Shown here piece by piece: positions 59,001 to 64,000 of a stretch of DNA of 64,000 nt. A program made the position numbers and the translations under genes. The DNA is from Candidatus Flexicrinis affinis (GTDB lineage Bacteria > Chloroflexota > Anaerolineae > Aggregatilineales > Phototrophicaceae), in NCBI GenBank assembly GCA_016716525.1, contig JADJWE010000002.1:579951-643950 (forward strand). Reading direction: 5' to 3'. The notes under the pieces were generated by a model, which had not been told where the DNA came from, ran no database searches, and was given only the letters and a program-made list of their open reading frames with translations. Each line of letters opens with the position of its first letter. Position 1 is the stretch's first letter.

Positions 59001-59082
59001 TCACACTTTCCTCTGTGTCCTGCGCGCTTGTGTGGTTTAGCCTGCTCCCACAGCACGCGGCAGCACACGACACCCGTGCGGT

Positions 59083-59989
59083 TTATTCGCCGCCCGGCGT
59101 GATCTCAACATCCATCGGCTCCCACTCTTCGCCGGTGACGTCGACCATGTCATCCATCGCCAGCGACTCGAGCGCCGCCTCGACCAGATCGGTGCGGAAC
59201 GCGCCTTCGCTCGGCTCTTCGCTGATGACCGAGCCGTCGATGGCGACCGCGACGGTCTGCGCCCACAGGTCTTCGTCCAGCATGCCAATGCCATCCGGCG
59301 ACGGCCAGATCAGGCGGTTGATCTCGTTGAGCTGCCAGCGCATGTGGCCTTCACCGAGCGTCGGGCCGTTGTCCAGCACGATGTCGACGCACTCGTCGAA
59401 GTTGTCACGGCAGAAGATCCAGCCCTTGATCGAGGCGCGGATGAACTTGATCGCGATATCTTCGTTGCCTTCCTCGGCAAGGAACGACTCGGTGGTGAAG
59501 ATGATCCTGCAGCATGGCCCGTGCCGACGTCGTTGGGCGCGCAGCGCGGCAAACAGCTCGTGCTCGTTGCCGAAGCCCCACGTGCCGACGCGCTTGCCCG
59601 CCATGTCCGCTATCGACGTAATGCCGGCGTCAACGAACGACACTTCCAATGTGCCTGAGCGCTGGAAGATCTGGGCGACGTTGACCAGATCGGCGCCAGC
59701 CTCGCGGCTCTCGAGCACCTTCGGCACCCACGCGATGCCGAATTCGGCCGCACCCGATGCGACGACCTGCTGCGGCACGATTTCAACGGCGCCTTCGAGG
59801 ATCGTGACGTCGAGTCCCTTCTTCTTCATAGAAGCCCTGAGCCAACGCCGCATAATAGCCGGCGAACTGCGACTGGGCGACCCACTGCAGCTGCAGGCGA
59901 ACGGGCACGAGGTCTTGCGCGCCGGCGGTACCGCCCACGAGCAAAGCAACCAACATAACAACTGCGAGCACTGCACTAAACTTACGCAT
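59083..59989 (-). pseudogene. ABC transporter substrate-binding protein, NMT1/THI5 (SsuA/TauA-like) family, with a frame break at about 59820 (as sequenced)
   Basis: The signal peptide and first ~55 aa ('MRKFSAVLAVVMLVALLVGGTAGAQDLVPVRLQLQWVAQSQFAGYYAALAQGFYEEEG') are in the 59783..60154 frame. The remainder ('LDVTILEGAVEIV...FIRASIKGW...') is in the 59083..60051 frame. The break is at 'gaaGGGactcg'. A GGAG RBS precedes the start. Confidence 0.65.
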
Positions 59990-60174
59990 AGAACTCCCCC
60001 TGGAAAGAGTTGGCCTTGCAGGAAACACGAATCGCGCCTCCTCAACGCCATAATCTATCGAATCTGGTGACAAGTGCCAAAATCTCGTGTGCACAAGAAT
60101 TGCCGCGGCCCATTGTCCAATCCTGACAATCGAGGCTAAACTGAGGCGGCACACGCGCGAATAAGGGGTACGCC

Positions 60175-60963
60175 TTGTCGATTTCCACCCGCGATCTACT
60201 TGTCACAGGACTGGTGTCGGCGCTGTTGATCATTGTCACGCTCGCCGGCCTGAGCCTCGTGCCGGCGTCGACATGGGACGCGATGCGCCCGGCCACGTGC
60301 CTGCCGACGGCATGTTTCTGCGAAGCGCCGCTGACGACCGAGTCGATCCGTCAACCGGTCAACGCGGTGTCGTCGCTGGCGTACGTCATCCCCGGCGCGT
60401 GGATGCTGGTGACCGCCGGACAGGTCGCGGTTGGCGTGATCTTCGGCACCGGCCACCGTATCATGATGGGCCTGAGCGCAATCGTAATCGGCGTTGGGAG
60501 CGCGTTCTACCACGGCTCGCTGACGTTCGTGGGGCCAGTTTTTCGACATCCTCGGCATGTATCTGTTCGCCGCCCTGCTCCTGATCTACGCCCTGCAGCG
60601 GCTGTACCGTTGGTCGTTCACGACGACTGCGCTGATCAGTGGTCTTCAACCTCACGCTGACGATCCGTACAGATCGGCGTGCCGGACACGCGCCGGTACG
60701 TGTTCGGGATCGTGCTGGCGCTCGCGCTGCTGGCCGAGGCGGTGGTGTGGCAGGTGCTGCGGCCAACGCGGAGCTACGCATGGTTTTGGGCCGGCATCGG
60801 CGCGTTCGCCGTCGCCATGGTGATCTGGGTGCTCGATCTGACCGGCACGGTGTGCGACCCGACTTCGGTGATTCAGGGCCACGCGGTGTGGCACGTGCTT
60901 GGTGCGGTGGCGGTCTTCTGCACGTGGATGTGGCATCACAGCGAGCCAGCGCCTGCACCCTAG
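60175..60963 (+). pseudogene. Alkaline-ceramidase-family (ACER-like) 7TM hydrolase homologue, with two compensating frame breaks (as sequenced)
   Basis: Family hallmarks in order: 'CEAPLTTESIRQPVNAVSSLAYV' (C-E...P-N..S..Y), 'SAFYHGSLTFVGQFFDILGMY' (S..YH...GQ..D) and 'QGHAVWHVLGA' (H..WH). The middle segment (60540..~60650) is in the +1 frame because of an extra g in 'gtGGGGcc'. The frame returns before 60679. Confidence 0.55.
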
Positions 60964-61078
60964 CGACTGTTCAGATTCTGTATACGTCTCTAAATGCAGC
61001 ACAAACCTTTTTCACACCTCGCAGTGCATCAGGTCGTCGTACACTGATTGCAGTCGAACGTGGACTGAGAACGCTGTC

Positions 61079-61327
61079 ATGGCATCGCGGCTGAACCCTG
61101 TACAAATGCTGTCCCTGATCGGGCACACTGCGCCGGCGAAGTTCGAGCTGACGTACGGCCGCGAGGCGCGGCTGGTGTTTTACGTCCGGGAGCGGCATGC
61201 AAGAGGTTGCGACTTCCGATCTGAGACTGTTGCGGACGTGCGTGAGGCCGTCCAGCATATGGGCTATCGCCAGATTGACGAGTGGCGGCGCAAAGGCGAA
61301 GGCGGCTACGTCTTCGTACGGGGATAG
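61079..61327 (+). CDS. Hypothetical small protein (about 83 aa)
   Basis: The track ORF begins at 60899, but the upstream part is AT-rich and non-coding-like. Met at 61079 gives 'MASRLNPVQMLSLIGHTAPAKFELTYGREARLVFYV...'. No family is recognised. It is followed immediately by a repeat copy. Confidence 0.35.
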   Translation: MASRLNPVQMLSLIGHTAPAKFELTYGREARLVFYVRERHARGCDFRSETVADVREAVQHMGYRQIDEWRRKGEGGYVFVRG

Positions 61328-61339
61328 GTGGAAGTCGCC

Positions 61340-61440
61340 AGCTGTCCGGAGTCAGGTGTCAGTAACCGCGGACTAGCGTAGGTAATCGACGTCGTAGCGC
61401 AGGGTCGCGGAAGCCCACTTCGGCCATCCCCTACCCGGAC
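61340..61440 (+). repeat. Composite intergenic repeat, copy 4 (M1 + divergent tail)
   Basis: M1 'ccggagtcaggtgtcagtaacc' begins 13 nt after the upstream stop (61327). The tail contains '..cgtaggtaatcgacgtcgtagcg..' and 'cccctacc'. Confidence 0.55.
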
Positions 61441-61480
61441 ATGAGGTATACTTTTCAACATACAGGCCCGAGGTCCAGCC

Positions 61481-62047
61481 ATGTTTGAGTCCCCAGAAAA
61501 GACAATGACCCTCGACGAGTTTGTCGCGTTTGTCGAGCGTCAAGACGATGCTGTCACTTACGAACTTCACCAAGGAGAAGTCATCGAGGTGTCTCCCTCA
61601 AAGGCGAAGCAGACGTTCGTAGCGGTCTCGGGTTGCCCGCATCCTTGATGCGTTTGTAGACGAACGTGGTCTGGGGATTCGTTGCTACGACCGACGGGGT
61701 TTCAAGATCACGCCATCTGACTTCTACGTACCGGACGCCGCCTACTACTCGCGACACCGCCTGCCGCAGGTTCCTGACGACGACTTCCTTCCTGTCGCTC
61801 CGACCTCGCGGTGGAAGTCGTTTCCGATAGCGACACGTACTCTGTACATCGAAAGGCTCTGCGCTACATCGAACTGGGTGTGCGCTTGGTTTGGGTCATC
61901 TATCCCAAGGGGAAATCGGTTGACGTGTACGAACCGGCCGAGGGTGGCGGTGCAATGGTGAGAACCTATCGGTTCGATCAGTCGTTAAGCGGCGGCGATG
62001 TCCTTCCCGGATTGTCGGTACCGGTCAATTCTCTGTTTCCAACCTAG
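61481..62047 (+). pseudogene. Uma2-family (DUF820) putative endonuclease with two frame breaks (as sequenced)
   Basis: N-terminus 'MTLDEFVAFVERQDDAVTYELHQGEVIEVSPSKAKQTF' (frame a). Middle 'RVARILDAFVDERGLGIRCYDRRGFKITPSDFYVPDAAYY...' (frame b). C-terminus 'PDLAVEVVSDSD...LVWVIYPKGKSVDVYEP' (frame c). The second break is in 'ccgacctcg', where 'ccggacctcg' is expected. Confidence 0.6.
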
Positions 62048-62846
62048 CCCGTCTCGCGCGTGCCCCCACGGGGCGAGGCGGCGTTCCGCGAACACGATTA
62101 TCGAATAGAACGCGATCCCGATCAGCGACGCGATGACGATCGCCGCCCACGCGCGGTCGGTTGAAGCCGGACGCCTCCTGCGTGATGAACACGCCGAGCG
62201 TCGCGCGCGGCCCGCCGAAGAATTCCGCGACGACGGCGCCGATCATGCTCAAGGGACTGGCGACCCGAAGTGCCGAGAAAATGTACGGCACGGCGTTCGG
62301 GAATGCGCAGTGCGCGCAGGATCTTGAAGTCTCCGGCGGCGTACGAGCGCACTTCAGCTCGAGCTGACGGGGATCGATCAGCGTCAGTCCGCGCACGGTA
62401 TTGATCATCGTCGGGAAGAACACGATGATCGCCACGATCGCCATTTTGGACGCCGGGTTGGTCAGGCCGAACCAGTTGTTCATGATCGGGGCAAACGCGA
62501 TGATCGGCACGCTGTTGGCGGCGATGGCAAACGGCATCATCGCCTCACTCAGTACGGTCCAGCGCGCGGTCACCAGCGCGACAAGGATCCCGCTGCCACA
62601 GCCGAGGATGAACCCGCCCAGCGCCTCGTAGAACGTCGCGCCCGCCGCCTGAAACAAGATCGACCCCTGACCGGTCACGAACAGGTTGACCTCTTCGAAG
62701 AACCGGCCGCCAATCTGCGTCGGCTTGGGCAGGATGAACTGCTGGATGTTCAACACTGTGACCAGCACTTCCCACAACACCAACACTGCGACCGCCACGA
62801 CGATGGTCGGCAGATAGTAGCGGAGGCGTTCAAGTGACTTCGTCAT
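62044..62846 (-). pseudogene. ABC transporter permease, NitT/TauT (SsuC-like) family, with three frame breaks (as sequenced)
   Basis: '...TVRGLTLIDPRQLEL' (frame A), then 'MRSYAAGDFKILRALRIP' (62122..62352 frame), then 'NAVPYIFSALRVASPLSMIGAVVAEFFGGPRATLGVFITQEASGF' (frame A), then the C-terminus 'TDRAWAAIVIASLIGIAFYSIIVFAERRLAPWGHARDGL*' in a third frame. The stop at 62044..62046 overlaps the convergent Uma2 stop. Confidence 0.65.
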
Positions 62847-62847
62847 T

Positions 62848-62956
62848 GGAGTTTCCAGTTTTCAGACATCAGTTGTCAGTCTTTTATTGCCGCAACGTGG
62901 ATAGCCAATCGTCACTCGATCGCCCTTGGAAACTGACATCTGACACCTGATCACTT
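62848..62956 (-). repeat. Composite intergenic repeat, copy 5 (M1 plus an inverted partial M1)
   Basis: Minus-strand reading 4 nt after the ATPase stop gives 'gtgatcaggtgtcagatgtcagtttcc' ... then 'aagactgacaactgatgtctgaaaactggaaactcc'. The two ends are imperfect inverted repeats of each other. Confidence 0.55.
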
Positions 62957-62958
62957 CG

Positions 62959-63747
62959 CTATTCGTCAAAGGTGTGTGCATCACGCAGGAGCTCGCGCAC
63001 TTCGGTGACCAGTTCGAAATAGCGCGGCTGCTCGCGGGTTTCAAACGTGCGCGGGTACGGCAGATCGACATCCAATACCGCCGTGATGCGGCCCGGACGC
63101 GGCGACATCACCACCACCCGGCTGCTCAAGAACACGGCTTCGGCGATGCTGTGCGTGACGAAGATGACAGTCGTCTGTGTGGCCTGCCAGATACGCAGCA
63201 GTTCGAGGTTCATGCGCTCGCGCGTGAACTCGTCCAGTGCGCCGAACGGCTCGTCCATCAACAGCAGCGCCGGCTGAAATGCCAGCGCGCGCGCGATCGC
63301 CACGCCGCTGCATGCCGCCTGAAAGCTGCCACGGGTAATGCTTCGCGAACTTGCCCAGTTCGACCAGTTCGAGCATTTCGGCGGCGCGCTCTCGCGCTCC
63401 GGTTTGTCGATGCCCATGATCTCAAGCGGAAGCTGCACGTTCTTGCCGACTGTGCGCCAGTCGTACAGGGTCGCCGCCTGAAACACCATGCCGTAGTCGC
63501 GGTCGAGGCGGGCCTGGTGCGGCGTTTTGCCGTTGATCACCAGCTCGCCACTGCTGGGCTGCAGCAGGTCGGCGATCAAGCGCAGCAGCGTCGACTTGCC
63601 GCAGCCCGACGGGCCGATCAGCGACACGAACTCGCCGCGCTTGACATCGAGCTGGATGTCTTTGAGCGCAACGACTGGATCGGCGTTCTTGACGGCGAAG
63701 ATCTTGTTGACGCCTTGGGCGCGGATTACTGCGGGTGTCTCAGTCAT
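62959..63747 (-). pseudogene. ABC transporter ATP-binding protein, NitT/TauT (SsuB-like) family, with two compensating frame breaks (as sequenced)
   Basis: Walker A 'GPSGCGKST' and Q-loop, then frame B carries 'LSGGMQRR' (63041..63376 frame), then frame A resumes with 'VAIARALAFQPALLLMDEPFGALD...H-loop'. The start ATG at 63747 overlaps the upstream permease stop (ATGA). Confidence 0.75.
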
Positions 63748-64000
63748 GGCTTTACGTAGAGTGGAATAAAGCGCCGCAGGGCGACGCGTTCGACAAGGCT
63801 GACAATCACGAAGAATACGATTCCGACCGACGCGGCCATCACGATGGGCCTCGCTGTAGCTACTGCTGAAATCGAGGATCGCCCGCGCCAATCCGTCCCG
63901 GATGCTGGACGGCAGCTCGCCGATGATCGCGCCGACGACGCTGGCCGTGGCGCTGACCTTGAGCGCCGTGAAGATGTACGGCACGGCCGACGGCAGCCGC
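63744..64000 (-). pseudogene. ABC transporter permease, NitT/TauT family, 3' part (runs off window end), with a frame break at about 63835
   Basis: '...AVPYIFTALKVSATASVVGAIIGELPSSIRDGLARAILDFSSSYSEA' is followed, after a 1-nt shift in a ccc run, by 'IVMAASVGIVFFVIVSLVERVALRRFIPLYVKP*'. Confidence 0.6.

Noticed and set aside
58869-59082. A tRNA or small RNA gene in the 213-bp SBP/MFS spacer.
   Set aside because: There is no T-loop-like GGTTCGAAT motif and no cloverleaf-compatible pairing. The region is better explained by a degenerate M2/M3 repeat copy plus GC hairpins.
61373-61573. 66-aa minus-strand ORF overlapping the repeat copy and the Uma2 start.
   Set aside because: It has no RBS and no family resemblance. 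It overlaps the clearly recognisable Uma2 N-terminus on the other strand.

Overview
This 64 kb window is a high-G+C, densely coding bacterial chromosomal segment with mixed strand orientation. I found no rRNA or tRNA genes, no CRISPR array, and no transposase, integrase or phage genes. Most of the content is transport, metabolism and signalling.

Gene content, in order:
- Two Dpp/Opp-type peptide ABC loci: SBP+permease at 1..2913, and SBP+DppB+DppC at 13202..17120 with no ATPase genes.
- A complete livK-H-M-G-F-type operon at 7264..12203.
- queA, then an SDR-VOC fusion gene 5 nt upstream of it.
- A lactate locus: lutA, lutB, lutC, a divergent orphan GAF-PAS histidine kinase, and ldhA.
- A flotillin/NfeD pair.
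- A plus-strand run of an APH-like phosphotransferase, a GH5 hydrolase and a YcaQ-like winged-helix protein.
- An ECF sigma/YciI pair, and a GH36 alpha-galactosidase with a translationally coupled small tandem SH3-like protein.
- A signalling cluster: two tandem paralogous 7TM-PAS histidine kinases, a Cache-HAMP-GGDEF cyclase, and a convergent, heavily disrupted sensor kinase.
- hemH followed by a DUF454/YbaN-like gene, a duplicated-domain esterase, an MFS transporter, an alkaline-ceramidase homologue, a Uma2 (DUF820) endonuclease, and an Ssu/NitT-type ABC cluster.

Three things stand out beyond ordinary annotation:
1. A previously unannotated family of composite, hairpin-rich intergenic repeats (REP/MITE-like; at least 7 copies in 64 kb) whose first module always begins a few nucleotides after the stop codon of the upstream gene.
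2. A high density of single-nucleotide reading-frame breaks, many of them demonstrably inside short homopolymer runs. About 14 genes are affected, and one sensor kinase carries at least five. I read this as indel error in the assembly rather than true pseudogenes.
3. Two short islets of visibly lower G+C. Each encodes secreted proteins of unknown function. One has a near-consensus sigma-70 promoter with an A10 tract. The other abuts the largest repeat element.

All functional calls rest on motif and family recognition by eye. No database search was run.
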